Shown here: piece by piece, positions 7,506-18,854 of the stretch
Layout of the letters: each line of letters begins with the position of its first letter
Position numbering within the stretch: the first letter of the stretch is position 1
NCBI GenBank assembly: GCA_017454295.1
Contig: JAFTDF010000004.1
Location: 52,904-116,903, forward strand
From: Bacilli bacterium
Lineage (GTDB): Bacteria; Bacillota_I; Bacilli_A; RFN20; CAG-826
Length of the DNA: 64,000 bases
Reading direction: 5' to 3'
The notes under the pieces: generated by a model
What the model was told of the DNA's origin: nothing
The model's database searches: none
The model's input: only the letters and a program-made list of their open reading frames with translations
Translations under genes and position numbers: made by a program

Positions 7506-8909
7506 ATGCCGTTAAACCATGAGGAAATCGCTTCCTTAGCCGCGACTTTGAACCAAAGAATTGTCGGCGCCCACTTGCAAGGATTCACGGAATTCGACCA
7601 AGATGTGTTTTTCTGGTCGGTGTCGGGCAGGGATCGTTTGGTCTTTTGCCTCTCCCATTCCTTCCCTCGGGTCTATGTGGGTGGAGAAGCGTTGGAAGGA
7701 ACCTCATTAAATAACGTTTTCGCCGCGGCCATGCGTAAGATGCTTAGCCGCGCCAAAATCTTATCCGTTGGTTCCATAACCGGTGAACGGATTCTCTATT
7801 TAGACTTGGAACGCGTCAACGAGGTCTATAAAAAAGAACGGGTCCGCTTGGTCTTCGAAATGATTCCTTCCAAGCCCCGTCTCCTCCTTCTTGATGAAGC
7901 GGGAAGCATCTTGATTTCCACCCATTATTCCTCTTTGGATTCCAAACGCCCCTTACTACGAGGGATGCAATACGTCCTTCCGCCAAAAGGAGATTTCGTG
8001 GCCCCCAAGAAACCGCCCTTTGATGAATCCTTTTATGCTTTGCTATGCAAAAAAGAGGAAGAACAGCTGATGCTTAGCCGTAAAAAGAATCGATTTGGCG
8101 ACTTAGCGAAAAAGGTGCGCACCAAACGAAAAGCCGCCGCCAAAAAAGTCGAAGCCATTCAACGCGACATCGAAGAAGCCAAGGTTCATCTCCATGATGG
8201 CATCTATGGGGATTACATCTATACGGAATGGGATCAATTCAAAAAAGGCGATTCTTCCTTCATTTATGAAGGTCAAGCCATCCCCCTCGATGAAAAGAAG
8301 ACCCCGCAAGAAAACGCCACCGCTTTTTATAAACGGGCCAAAAAGGCAAAAGCCGCTTTGGAACAAGGGCAAGCCAATTTAGAGAAAGCCATCACCGAAT
8401 TAGAAAACGCCGATACCCTGCTGGCCATGATTGAAAACCTCGATGGGGAAGCCTTGGAGCTTAGCGGCAAGAAATTAGGCCTTTTTGAGCAAGGCAAAAC
8501 CAAGGAAATCCAAAGCACGACTTTACTACCTTCCCAAGTGCAAGACGGAGATACCCGGATTCTATTTGGGAAAAACGCCCGCCAAAACGAATTCCTTTCC
8601 TTCCTTTACACTTCTGATAAAAACGTTCTCTGGTTCCACCGCTTCCCGGGATCGGGATCGCATGTCCTTTTGCTTTCCTCTCATCCTAGCAATGCCGAAA
8701 TCCAACTGGCCTGCGAAATCGCCCTTCTTGCCTCTGGGGTTGAAACCGGAGATGTCATGTACACGGAACGAAAGAATCTTCGCCGTGGGAATTCCTTAGG
8801 TCAGGCCATCGTCAAATCCTACCAGTCCGCCCACATTCCCCAGGTTTCGCAAAAAGCAAAAGATCTTTTTGCTAGGGCCAGCCGGGTCCATATGAAATCA
8901 GGATTATGA
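7506..8909 (+). CDS. rqcH: NFACT-family ribosome quality control protein (RqcH / FbpA-like)
   Basis: It has an N-terminal NFACT-N-like region, a Lys/Glu-rich coiled coil and a C-terminal NFACT-R/DUF814 motif (ILFGKNARQNE..WFHRFPGSGSHVLL). It lies next to gmk, as yloA does in Bacillus. Confidence 0.8.
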   Translation: MPLNHEEIASLAATLNQRIVGAHLQGFTEFDQDVFFWSVSGRDRLVFCLSHSFPRVYVGGEALEGTSLNNVFAAAMRKMLSRAKILSVGSITGERILYLDLERVNEVYKKERVRLVFEMIPSKPRLLLLDEAGSILISTHYSSLDSKRPLLRGMQYVLPPKGDFVAPKKPPFDESFYALLCKKEEEQLMLSRKKNRFGDLAKKVRTKRKAAAKKVEAIQRDIEEAKVHLHDGIYGDYIYTEWDQFKKGDSSFIYEGQAIPLDEKKTPQENATAFYKRAKKAKAALEQGQANLEKAITELENADTLLAMIENLDGEALELSGKKLGLFEQGKTKEIQSTTLLPSQVQDGDTRILFGKNARQNEFLSFLYTSDKNVLWFHRFPGSGSHVLLLSSHPSNAEIQLACEIALLASGVETGDVMYTERKNLRRGNSLGQAIVKSYQSAHIPQVSQKAKDLFARASRVHMKSGL

Positions 8910-9760
8910 TGGATACCTTCTCCCCCGAGCTCATCGCTTTCCTCTCCCCTTCGGTTTTTGCTTCGCTCCATCCGTTACAGACTAGCGGCACCGCCAATCA
9001 CATCTACCAAGCCGGATCGTTTTTGGTGCGGAAAAAGATGGCGGATCAAACCGATGCCCCTTTTCAGACACCAAAGACCGAAAAGGCCTTTTATGACTGC
9101 CTTGGTTGGCGCAATCCCTTGACTCCGGAACTCTTCTTTTTCGATGGCGGGAATGGGGATAAAGTCGAGGCTTATATCGATGCAAATCCATGGAATCCGC
9201 AAGATGAAAAACACCTCAGCCAACTAGCCGAAACATTACGCGTTTTACATGCGAATCAAGGAGATGAAAGCATTCCCAATTTCTCCGCAATTTCTCGCTA
9301 TTTCCATTATAAAAACCTCGCAAAAACCGAATTATCCAGCGAAAAAGAGCAGCAAATCCTCACGCTTGTTTCCCCGCTATTCGAAGAGGGCGCATCCACT
9401 TGTTTATGCCACAATGATTTGTGGGCCGGAAACATGATCGTCGCCCCAAAGCGCCTCTATCTTCTCGACCTGGAATTCGCCATGAAGAACCACCCCTTCT
9501 TCGACCTTGCCTCCGTCATCGAAGAGAATCGTCTTGGCACCATCGAAAAATTGCATTTTTTACGTCGCTACTTTGGGCGCGAGCCAAACGTAGAAGAGAA
9601 CTTCCAGATCCAAACCCTCGTCTGCTTCCACCATATGCTTTGGTATTATTGGGCACTCTCCCGTTATCACGAGACGAGCCAAAGCGTCTTCTCAGACATC
9701 GCTGCGATCAAGAAAACGGATTTCGAAAACGAGGGGTTACCTTGTTTTCCCGCGCGCTGA
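8906..9760 (+). CDS. choline/ethanolamine kinase-like phosphotransferase (APH/LicA family)
   Basis: Contains the Brenner-type motif CHNDLWAGNMI and LDLEFAMKNHPFFDLAS. Its ATG overlaps the rqcH TGA (ATGA). Confidence 0.7.
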   Translation: MMDTFSPELIAFLSPSVFASLHPLQTSGTANHIYQAGSFLVRKKMADQTDAPFQTPKTEKAFYDCLGWRNPLTPELFFFDGGNGDKVEAYIDANPWNPQDEKHLSQLAETLRVLHANQGDESIPNFSAISRYFHYKNLAKTELSSEKEQQILTLVSPLFEEGASTCLCHNDLWAGNMIVAPKRLYLLDLEFAMKNHPFFDLASVIEENRLGTIEKLHFLRRYFGREPNVEENFQIQTLVCFHHMLWYYWALSRYHETSQSVFSDIAAIKKTDFENEGLPCFPAR

Positions 9761-9771
9761 AGATTACCATT

Positions 9772-10647
9772 ATGAACGTGAAACGCAGCGTCCTCTTCTT
9801 ATTACTTCCCCTATGTCTCGCCTCTTGTGGCGAGAAAGTCGAATTCCCGGTCACCGATGACCCCGATTTGATTTATTTGTTGCGCAACGGCGATAGCCTC
9901 CAAAGCAAAGCCACCACCGTCAACGAACTTAGCATCCGCACCAATACCACTGACCTTATTAAACGGCTAGAGGCCAACGAACCGATGTTTGTCTATTCCC
10001 ACACGGTATTTTGCCCCGCTTGTAAAGCCGCCGAAGGCGCTATGGTGACCTTCTTAAAGGATTCCCAAGTCCAAATGCTGAGCCTTTATAACGAAAGCCG
10101 CGACGATCGTACCATCATCGACACCGTCGAAGCCCTTCGTTATGACTACCCCGAAGTCTATAAGGCCTTCCTTCATAGCGATGGTGGCCTCTATACCCCT
10201 GCCGCCGTCTTAATCAAAGACAAGGAGCATGCCTATCAAGTCTCCTTTGAGGAAAACCGGGCCAATGCGAACGCCTTGGAAAAACAGTTCCGGGATTTGA
10301 TGAACCTTACGGCCGTCTATAACTTTCGCCACTTGGATTCTTTCCTTTCCTATATTGAGAAAACCGATTGCTTGTTCTTCTTCGAAACGGAAATCAAAGT
10401 CGAGGAAAAGACCGTCTCCGCTTTCACCCACCATGTTTACGACAAGGCCATCCACCAGTCGAAGCCCGTCGCCGTCTTGCATTATGCAAGTTTAACCGCG
10501 GATGAAAAAGCCACCCTTTCGGCCCGTTTGGCCAATGGCGAAAGCACCCTCTGCGGTACCTTCACCGGAGGGAAAGCCAGCGTGCTGAACTATCAAAAAA
10601 GCCCGGACCAAGTGCCCGAGCTGCTTACGACTTATTACGGAGCTTAA
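9772..10647 (+). CDS. thioredoxin-fold lipoprotein (CPAC motif)
   Basis: The signal peptide plus lipobox is MNVKRSVLFLLLPLCLA-SC. The CxxC motif is in VFCPACKAAEG. The ORF-track start at 9421 overlaps the upstream gene and has implausible composition. Confidence 0.6.
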   Translation: MNVKRSVLFLLLPLCLASCGEKVEFPVTDDPDLIYLLRNGDSLQSKATTVNELSIRTNTTDLIKRLEANEPMFVYSHTVFCPACKAAEGAMVTFLKDSQVQMLSLYNESRDDRTIIDTVEALRYDYPEVYKAFLHSDGGLYTPAAVLIKDKEHAYQVSFEENRANANALEKQFRDLMNLTAVYNFRHLDSFLSYIEKTDCLFFFETEIKVEEKTVSAFTHHVYDKAIHQSKPVAVLHYASLTADEKATLSARLANGESTLCGTFTGGKASVLNYQKSPDQVPELLTTYYGA

Positions 10648-11867
10648 CGTTTCGCCCGGACGAAGGCATCGAATTCCTTCGCTTCCGCTAACGTTTCAAA
10701 GGTCGCCATGTAATAACGGTTGCCCATTACCACGGCAATGTTGGCGGGGTAATCCCCCGTCATTTTCATATGCTCTCCATATTTGGCGTAGATTTCCCCG
10801 TCGTCATGAAGATAGTTGAACGTATTCCGACGGTGGGAAGCCATCGCATAGTATTTGGGCAAGGACATATCCTGCCGATTCTCGTTATAGGCGATGACGT
10901 CGGCATAAATATCGAAGACGGAGACCGACGATCCGAAGTCAATCAAATCGGGAGTGTAACCACCGGGGGCGCGCATGTTGCATTCCAAGGCTACGAATTC
11001 GCCCTTCTTAGCTAAACCCGGACGATCTTCGTTAAGAACGAAGAATTCGATGTGGAAGAACCGTTTCCGGATGCCAAAGGCCTTGACCACTTGGCGGCCG
11101 ACTTTTTCGAATTCCTTTTGCTGGATATCATCCATCTTCAAAGCAAAGGGCACATTCCAATAGCAATGGTCGGCCCCGGCATGGACGAGTTCGGCGATGG
11201 GAATGGGGAAATGATCGGTGCAGCAGAAGACAACATCGCCTTGCTCATTGCAAATCCCATCGAAGGAAACAATGGACCCGTGCATTTCTTCTTCCATGAT
11301 ATAGGGCTCGGGAAGGTGCCGTTCGAAGAAAGCATCGAAATCCGCTTCGTTACGTAACGAATAAGAATCGGAAGCGCCTACGCCGATATCGGGTTTGACG
11401 AAAACGGGGAACCCAACTTTTTTGACGAAATCCTTCGCCTTTTCTTTGTCTTCAGGGCCGCGGACCACCAAATAACGGATGGTTTTGGCGCCGCCTTTTT
11501 CAAAGGAGGCTTTCATCGCGGACTTCGCCTTGATGTGTTCCATGTCGGCGGGGTAGAAGCCGGAGGTCACGCCAAACCATTCGCGTAAGACGGCGTCGGT
11601 TTGGAGCCACCACTCATTATTGGATTCGATGTAATCGATCTTGCCGTATTTGTTTTGGTAATAGGAAACGGCCTCGATCATCTTGCCCATGTTCGTCATG
11701 TCATAGACGGTATAGTACTCGGTGAGGGCGTTACGGACCCTGGAGTTGAGTTCGTGGTAGGGAGAATCTCCAATCCCTAAAACACGAATGCCTTTTTTCG
11801 CAAGGGCCTCGACCCATTGGTAGTTTCGCTCGGGATATTGTGGCGAAATGAAAATGAAGTTCAACAT
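10644..11867 (-). CDS. ATP-grasp domain protein (carboxylate-amine ligase type), substrate unknown
   Basis: The 407-aa protein carries VFVKPDIGVGASDS, HIEFFV and ECNMRAPGG motifs typical of ATP-grasp folds. Confidence 0.7.
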   Translation of the reverse strand: MLNFIFISPQYPERNYQWVEALAKKGIRVLGIGDSPYHELNSRVRNALTEYYTVYDMTNMGKMIEAVSYYQNKYGKIDYIESNNEWWLQTDAVLREWFGVTSGFYPADMEHIKAKSAMKASFEKGGAKTIRYLVVRGPEDKEKAKDFVKKVGFPVFVKPDIGVGASDSYSLRNEADFDAFFERHLPEPYIMEEEMHGSIVSFDGICNEQGDVVFCCTDHFPIPIAELVHAGADHCYWNVPFALKMDDIQQKEFEKVGRQVVKAFGIRKRFFHIEFFVLNEDRPGLAKKGEFVALECNMRAPGGYTPDLIDFGSSVSVFDIYADVIAYNENRQDMSLPKYYAMASHRRNTFNYLHDDGEIYAKYGEHMKMTGDYPANIAVVMGNRYYMATFETLAEAKEFDAFVRAKR

Positions 11868-11873
11868 AGCGTC

Positions 11874-11882
11874 ATATTAGCA
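11874..11882 (-). promoter_or_regulatory. extended -10 (TGCTAATAT) 6 nt upstream of the ATP-grasp ATG; leaderless candidate
   Basis: The minus strand reads TGCTAATAT-GACGCT-ATG. It sits inside the loop of the 8-bp hairpin at 11865-11889. Confidence 0.5.
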
Positions 11883-11919
11883 CGCTATGCGAAAAGAAAA
11901 AGAGGAAAGGGGTTTCGGT

Positions 11920-13769
<1,850 letters not shown>

Positions 13770-14630
13770 TTAGGCGTTGACCGAGCCGGATACGACTTCG
13801 GTAATCTCCTGGGTAATCGCCCCTTGGCGGGCTTTGTTGTATTCGATGGTGAGTTTGTTGAGCAGCTCATCGGCATTGTCATTGGCGTTATCCATGGCGG
13901 TGCGACGACTGGCTTGCTCGGAGAGTTGGGATTCGATGGCTTTGAAGTAGAGCATCCCGCCTAAATATTGGGGGAGCAAGACGTGGATGAAGCGTCTAGC
14001 ATCCGGCTCGAATAAGGGTGGGCAATAGGCTTCGTCGGGTTCTTTTTGGTCTTCCAGTTGTAGCGGCAATAGTTGCGTCATTTCCGGCACAAACGACAAA
14101 GAGTTCACATATTTGGTCGAAATCAAGACGACTTTGCGGACTTTTTTCTGATTAAAGGCATCTTTGATATCTTTGCAGGCTTGGTTGATCAAACGTGGTT
14201 CCAAGGAAGCGGGATAGGCTTTGTAGTCGGTGTTGAGATGGGCGAACTCATGGCTCGCTAAATAATGAGAGGCGCCTTTTTCCCCGGCGACAACCAAGAT
14301 GTCTTTATCGGGATTGACATGTTCCTCCACAAACTTGTAGAGGTTGGAATTATAGGCGGCGCATAGTCCCAAATCGCTGGTGATGAGAATATATAGGACG
14401 GGGAGATCGCCCTCGTTTTCCTTGGCGTAATGGGTTTTGGTTTCATGGTCATAGGCAAATAGCTTGGCCATGATCTTTTGCAAGCCCGCGATATAGTCCA
14501 AGGATTCGTCATAGGCCTTACGAAAGCGTTTCACCTTGACGGTGGCGACCATTTCCATAGCCTTGGTGATTTTCTGGGTGGACTTCACCGAGGCGATGCG
14601 TCGTGTGGTTTTCGTTAAGCCTAAAGACAT
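13770..14630 (-). CDS. atpG: F1 ATP synthase gamma subunit
   Basis: Conserved N-terminus I.SVKSTQKITKAMEMVA and C-terminus ITQEITEVVSG. Confidence 0.93.
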   Translation of the reverse strand: MSLGLTKTTRRIASVKSTQKITKAMEMVATVKVKRFRKAYDESLDYIAGLQKIMAKLFAYDHETKTHYAKENEGDLPVLYILITSDLGLCAAYNSNLYKFVEEHVNPDKDILVVAGEKGASHYLASHEFAHLNTDYKAYPASLEPRLINQACKDIKDAFNQKKVRKVVLISTKYVNSLSFVPEMTQLLPLQLEDQKEPDEAYCPPLFEPDARRFIHVLLPQYLGGMLYFKAIESQLSEQASRRTAMDNANDNADELLNKLTIEYNKARQGAITQEITEVVSGSVNA

Positions 14631-14633
14631 CGT

Positions 14634-16136
14634 TTACTCCCTGCTTTTCGAATAGGCTTGGATGGCTTGGTTCAAAGTGGCTTCCAGTTCCGGCGTGAAG
14701 GCCTTCTTTTGGTTCAGCTCTTTGAGGAAATCTTTGTAATTGGATTCGATATAGACGTCCATGGCGGAGAGATACTCGGCGACTTTGTTCACCGGAAGCG
14801 CGTCAAGATAGCCTTGCTTGACGGCATAGAGTTCCACCACTTGCTTCCACATCGGATAGGGGGCGTACTGCTTTTGTTTTAAGGTTTCCATCAAGATGGC
14901 GCCATGGGTGAGGATCTTCTTGGTCGCGGCATCCAAATCGGAACCAAACTGGGCAAAGGAAAGCATTTCGCGGTAGGAAGCCAATTCGATCTTCAAGGAG
15001 GAGGCGACTTGCTTCATGGCTTTGGTTTGGGCGGAGGAACCGACGCGGGACACGGAGAAGCCCGAATCGACGGCCGGGCGTTGGCCAGCGGCGAAATAAT
15101 CGGTGATCAAGAAGATCTGACCGTCGGTAATGGAAATGATGTTGGTCGGAATGTAGGCAGAGATATCGCCCGCTTGGGTTTCGACGATCGGTAGCGCCGT
15201 AATTGAGCCACCGCCGAAATCTTTCGATAAACGGCAAGCCCGTTCCAATAAGCGGGAATGGAGATAGAAGATATCACCGGGATAGGCTTCGCGGCCAGGA
15301 GCCCGTTTTAATAGCAAGGAAAGGGTGCGATAGGCAACGGCGTGTTTGGATAAGTCATCGAAAACGACGAGCACGTCTTGCCCTTGTTCCATCCATTCTT
15401 CGGCCATGGCCATGGCGGCGAAAGGGGCGATATATTGGTTCGGCGCCGCTTCGGAGGCGCTGGAAGAGACGACGGTCACGTAATCTAAGCAACCTAGATT
15501 ACGAAGCTTGTCCACCAAGGAGGCAACGGAGGAGTTCTTCTGACCGATCGCGCAATAAATGCACTTCACGTCTTTTCCTTTTTGATTGATGATCGCGTCG
15601 AGGGCAATCGCGGTTTTCCCGGTTTGGCGGTCCCCAATGATGAGTTCGCGTTGGCCACGGCCAATCGGGATCATGGCATCGATGGCTTTGATGCCGGTTT
15701 CTAAAGGCGTATCAACGGATTTACGGGTCATAACGCCCGGGGCAATCCGCTCGATGGGACGGGTCTTTTGATATTCGATGGGCCCTTTTTCATCCAAAGG
15801 CAAACCAAGGGCGTTCACGACGCGGCCTAGCAACCCATCCCCAACGGGGACTTCCACGACGCGGCCGGTCCGTTTGACGGTGTCGCCTTCTTTGATTTCG
15901 TTATCCGCGCCGAGTAAGACGGCGCCAACGTCGCCATTGTCGAGGTTCATGGCCATGCCATAGACGTCGCCGGGGAACACCAAAAGTTCGCCGAGCATGG
16001 CTTTTTCAAGTCCGTAGATGATGGCAATGCCATCGCCCACGGAAATGACGGTGCCGACGTCATCGGCTTCCAATTTGGCTTCGAAATCGCGGATTTGGGC
16101 TTTGATTAGCGATGAGATTTCATTCGTGATTTTCAT
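14634..16136 (-). CDS. atpA: F1 ATP synthase alpha subunit
   Basis: Contains Walker [10 protein letters not shown] and the VFDDLSKHA and PGREAYPGD motifs. Confidence 0.97.
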   Translation of the reverse strand: MKITNEISSLIKAQIRDFEAKLEADDVGTVISVGDGIAIIYGLEKAMLGELLVFPGDVYGMAMNLDNGDVGAVLLGADNEIKEGDTVKRTGRVVEVPVGDGLLGRVVNALGLPLDEKGPIEYQKTRPIERIAPGVMTRKSVDTPLETGIKAIDAMIPIGRGQRELIIGDRQTGKTAIALDAIINQKGKDVKCIYCAIGQKNSSVASLVDKLRNLGCLDYVTVVSSSASEAAPNQYIAPFAAMAMAEEWMEQGQDVLVVFDDLSKHAVAYRTLSLLLKRAPGREAYPGDIFYLHSRLLERACRLSKDFGGGSITALPIVETQAGDISAYIPTNIISITDGQIFLITDYFAAGQRPAVDSGFSVSRVGSSAQTKAMKQVASSLKIELASYREMLSFAQFGSDLDAATKKILTHGAILMETLKQKQYAPYPMWKQVVELYAVKQGYLDALPVNKVAEYLSAMDVYIESNYKDFLKELNQKKAFTPELEATLNQAIQAYSKSRE

Positions 16137-16669
16137 CGTGACCCTCCTTTGAGGCTGCGGTGAAGTTCCTGCAAACGGGCCCGCAGCGTCCCGTCATAGA
16201 CTTTGCCGTCGATGTTGACCTTTACCCCACCTAATAAGGTGTGGTCGACCTTTTCTTTCAAACGCACTTGGGCACCCAACTTTTCCGATAAGACTTTCTC
16301 GATCGCTTGAACCTCTTTCTTTTCCAAAGGGACGGACGAGAAGAGGATACCTTCTTTAATACCCATCGCCTCATAGACGAGGGAACGGAAGGCGCTTTCG
16401 ATTTGCGGAAGCATCGTCACGCGATTATGAGCGACGATCACTTTGAGGAAATTGGGGAAATGCGGCGCATCCTTGAACTGGTAGACACGATCCATCGCGG
16501 CATACTTGTCGTCTTTGGAAATGGAATAGGAAGAAAGGAATTTCTCCCAATCGGGTTCTTGGAGCGATTTCGTCAGCTCTTCCCACGCCGAAAGATAGGC
16601 TTCGTAGTCTTTTTCCGAAATGAGTTCGAATAAGGCTTTGGCGTAGTTGAGTGCGACTTCGCTTTCCAT
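16133..16669 (-). CDS. atpH: F1 ATP synthase delta (OSCP) subunit
   Basis: 178 aa, N-terminus YAKALFEL, located between atpF and atpA. Confidence 0.85.
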   Translation of the reverse strand: MESEVALNYAKALFELISEKDYEAYLSAWEELTKSLQEPDWEKFLSSYSISKDDKYAAMDRVYQFKDAPHFPNFLKVIVAHNRVTMLPQIESAFRSLVYEAMGIKEGILFSSVPLEKKEVQAIEKVLSEKLGAQVRLKEKVDHTLLGGVKVNIDGKVYDGTLRARLQELHRSLKGGSR

Positions 16670-16678
16670 GGAACCTCC

Positions 16679-17263
16679 TTATTTCATCTCCGAGAGGAAG
16701 TCGTCGAGAAGGGCTTTGTTGTCCTTTTCGTTGACTTCGCGTCCCAAGACTTTGCTCGACGCGGCGAGAGCCACATCGATGATTTGATCGTGGATTTCCT
16801 GTTCGGATTTCTTCTTCGCGGCAGCGATGTCCTCATCGGCCTTTTTCCGTTTAAGCGCGGCATCTTCCTCGGCTTTGGCCAAAATGGCGGCGGCTTCGGA
16901 TTCAGCTTGACGCTTGGCATTAGCGATGATGGAAGCGGCTTCTTCCTTGCCTTCGGCGATGGTTTCTTCTTTTTTCATGACCGCCTCATGGGCTTCGCGT
17001 TGCATCTTTTTGGCATCGTCGATCATTGAATTGACGCCGTCGCGGCGTTTCTTCAACATCTTTTTCACCGGTTTATACCCAATGACGAAGACGACGATGA
17101 GCAACACGACGAAGGCCAGTAATTGAATCAAGAAATCCCAATAGCCGTTGGGGAAGAGTTTCGCTGTGAAATCCTCGGATGTGAAAGGTGCGCCTTGGCA
17201 GCCTGAAAGCAACAAGGCCGAAAACGGCAACAACAGCAGTGATAACCGTTTCGCTTTCTTCAT
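16679..17263 (-). CDS. atpF: Fo ATP synthase b subunit with N-terminal lipoprotein signal
   Basis: A lipobox (MKKAKRLSLLLLPFSALLL-SGC) is followed by the usual b-subunit TM helix and a charged Ala/Lys/Glu-rich helix. Confidence 0.85.
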   Translation of the reverse strand: MKKAKRLSLLLLPFSALLLSGCQGAPFTSEDFTAKLFPNGYWDFLIQLLAFVVLLIVVFVIGYKPVKKMLKKRRDGVNSMIDDAKKMQREAHEAVMKKEETIAEGKEEAASIIANAKRQAESEAAAILAKAEEDAALKRKKADEDIAAAKKKSEQEIHDQIIDVALAASSKVLGREVNEKDNKALLDDFLSEMK

Positions 17264-17268
17264 GGGGA

Positions 17269-17556
17269 TTAGATCTTTCCGCCGAGGATGAAGATGATCA
17301 AGATGGCGATGATGAGCGCGTAGATGGCGGTCGATTCGTCAAGGGCGATGGCCAAGATCATCGTGGATTGCAGTTTGCCCTGCTGCTCAGGATTGCGGCT
17401 CATGGCATCGATGGCGTGGCAAGCGATCCAAGATTCGCCAAGGGCGGAGAAGCCACCGACGATGGCGGCGATCCCGGCGCCGATGCCGAGTAAACCGAGG
17501 TTCGATCCGGTGCTGGCCGCGTCGGCCGCATAGATCAGATTGAGTAAAAAGCCCAT
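17269..17556 (-). CDS. atpE: Fo ATP synthase c subunit (Na+-type binding motif)
   Basis: Hairpin protein with an RNPE loop and an ion-site motif LDESTAIY. A Glu in GES occupies the helix-1 Gln/Glu position. Confidence 0.9.
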   Translation of the reverse strand: MGFLLNLIYAADAASTGSNLGLLGIGAGIAAIVGGFSALGESWIACHAIDAMSRNPEQQGKLQSTMILAIALDESTAIYALIIAILIIFILGGKI

Positions 17557-17577
17557 ATTGAATACCTCCTAATATGG

Positions 17578-18405
17578 CTATGCATTTTGTTCTTTCTTGG
17601 GGCGGGTCACCTGGCGGGCGGTTCCCATGGGGTCGGTTTCGGGCAATTCCGCGCCGATCCAGACACCGTTAAGGGAAGCGAAGACCAGGGTTTGAATCAA
17701 CCCCGAGAACAAACCGAAATAAAGGTTGAGCACCCCCATGGGGATGGGGCTCAAGAAGATGGCGGCGGGCGAATTTAACGGATCCGCATAGCCCGCGGCC
17801 AAGCCGGAAAAGATGGCGACCGAAGCATTCTTCAGCGCCCAATTGAGCAAGCCCATGATGACTGAGCCGGCCAAGGCATTGCCAAACATACGAAGCGTCG
17901 TGGAAATAATCGGCGTCCACATCGTGATGAGGTTCACCGGCAAGAAAATGGAAATCGGCTCGATATAACGATGGAAATATTTCCATTTTTGGTAACGGAT
18001 ACCCGTGAACTGGATGAGGATGAACATCACGAGTGACAAAGCCAAAGGCATGATCAGGGTATCGATGATGGATGGGAAGCCGGTAATCGACCAAATAAAG
18101 GCAAGGAATAAATAGCAGAATAGACCCAGGAAATAACCGGTCCAATTTCCCGGATTCTTCCCCATAAGCCCCGTGGCCCATTGGTCGATCCATTCCACGA
18201 AGCCGCAAGCAAGACCTAGGGGCCCGCGGGCGGGTTTCATCGGATCGTGGAAATGGGCTTGAATGCCGACGATGATGGCCAAAATCGCGACGATGCCGAT
18301 GACGACCAAAGAGGAAATCGTCGGTCCGGAAATGCGGAACGTCGGATCGCCGAAGGAAGCGATCATATCGCTCAAGGGATCGCCGGAAAAGAAGGGGAAG
18401 CTCAT
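17578..18405 (-). CDS. atpB: Fo ATP synthase a subunit
   Basis: Polytopic protein with the conserved LRMFGNALAG Arg motif. The likely start is MSFPFF at 18405, whose ATG overlaps the atpI TGA (ATGA). Confidence 0.9.
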   Translation of the reverse strand: MSFPFFSGDPLSDMIASFGDPTFRISGPTISSLVVIGIVAILAIIVGIQAHFHDPMKPARGPLGLACGFVEWIDQWATGLMGKNPGNWTGYFLGLFCYLFLAFIWSITGFPSIIDTLIMPLALSLVMFILIQFTGIRYQKWKYFHRYIEPISIFLPVNLITMWTPIISTTLRMFGNALAGSVIMGLLNWALKNASVAIFSGLAAGYADPLNSPAAIFLSPIPMGVLNLYFGLFSGLIQTLVFASLNGVWIGAELPETDPMGTARQVTRPKKEQNA

Positions 18406-18854
18406 TCTTGCTCCTCCTTCGTTGGTTCTTTCTTCGCCGGTTTCTTCAACCGGGAGTAGGTCATAATCAAAAGCACGACCCAATTCGGCATAAGGGCCAA
18501 AGCCACGGCGACGAGGTTCAAATAGCCATGTTCCAAGCTACCCCAGCGGAACGAAGCAAAGCCCGCGAGAACGAGCACGCCCGCATAAAGTAAAAAGCGG
18601 AACATTCCAAATAACGCGGTGAGATAACCCCGTTTCCCGGAAAGGTCACTTTGATCCAAGACAAAAGCCGCCCCTTTGGCCATGGTGATATAAGCAATCA
18701 GGTTCACCGCCGAACCGGCCAGCCATCCTAATAGCACGCCTACGTTATCCAGGAAAATGAAAATCACGGATACCAAAGTGCCCACGAGCGCAATGGCAAG
18801 TAAGATGAAGAGGTTTTTCTGGAATTCGGACCAGTTGGCAAAACGTTCTTCCAT
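18402..18854 (-). CDS. atpI: ATP synthase protein I-like small membrane protein
   Basis: 150-aa 4-TM protein and first gene of the atp operon. AGGAAG lies about 9 nt upstream of the ATG. Confidence 0.6.
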   Translation of the reverse strand: MEERFANWSEFQKNLFILLAIALVGTLVSVIFIFLDNVGVLLGWLAGSAVNLIAYITMAKGAAFVLDQSDLSGKRGYLTALFGMFRFLLYAGVLVLAGFASFRWGSLEHGYLNLVAVALALMPNWVVLLIMTYSRLKKPAKKEPTKEEQE

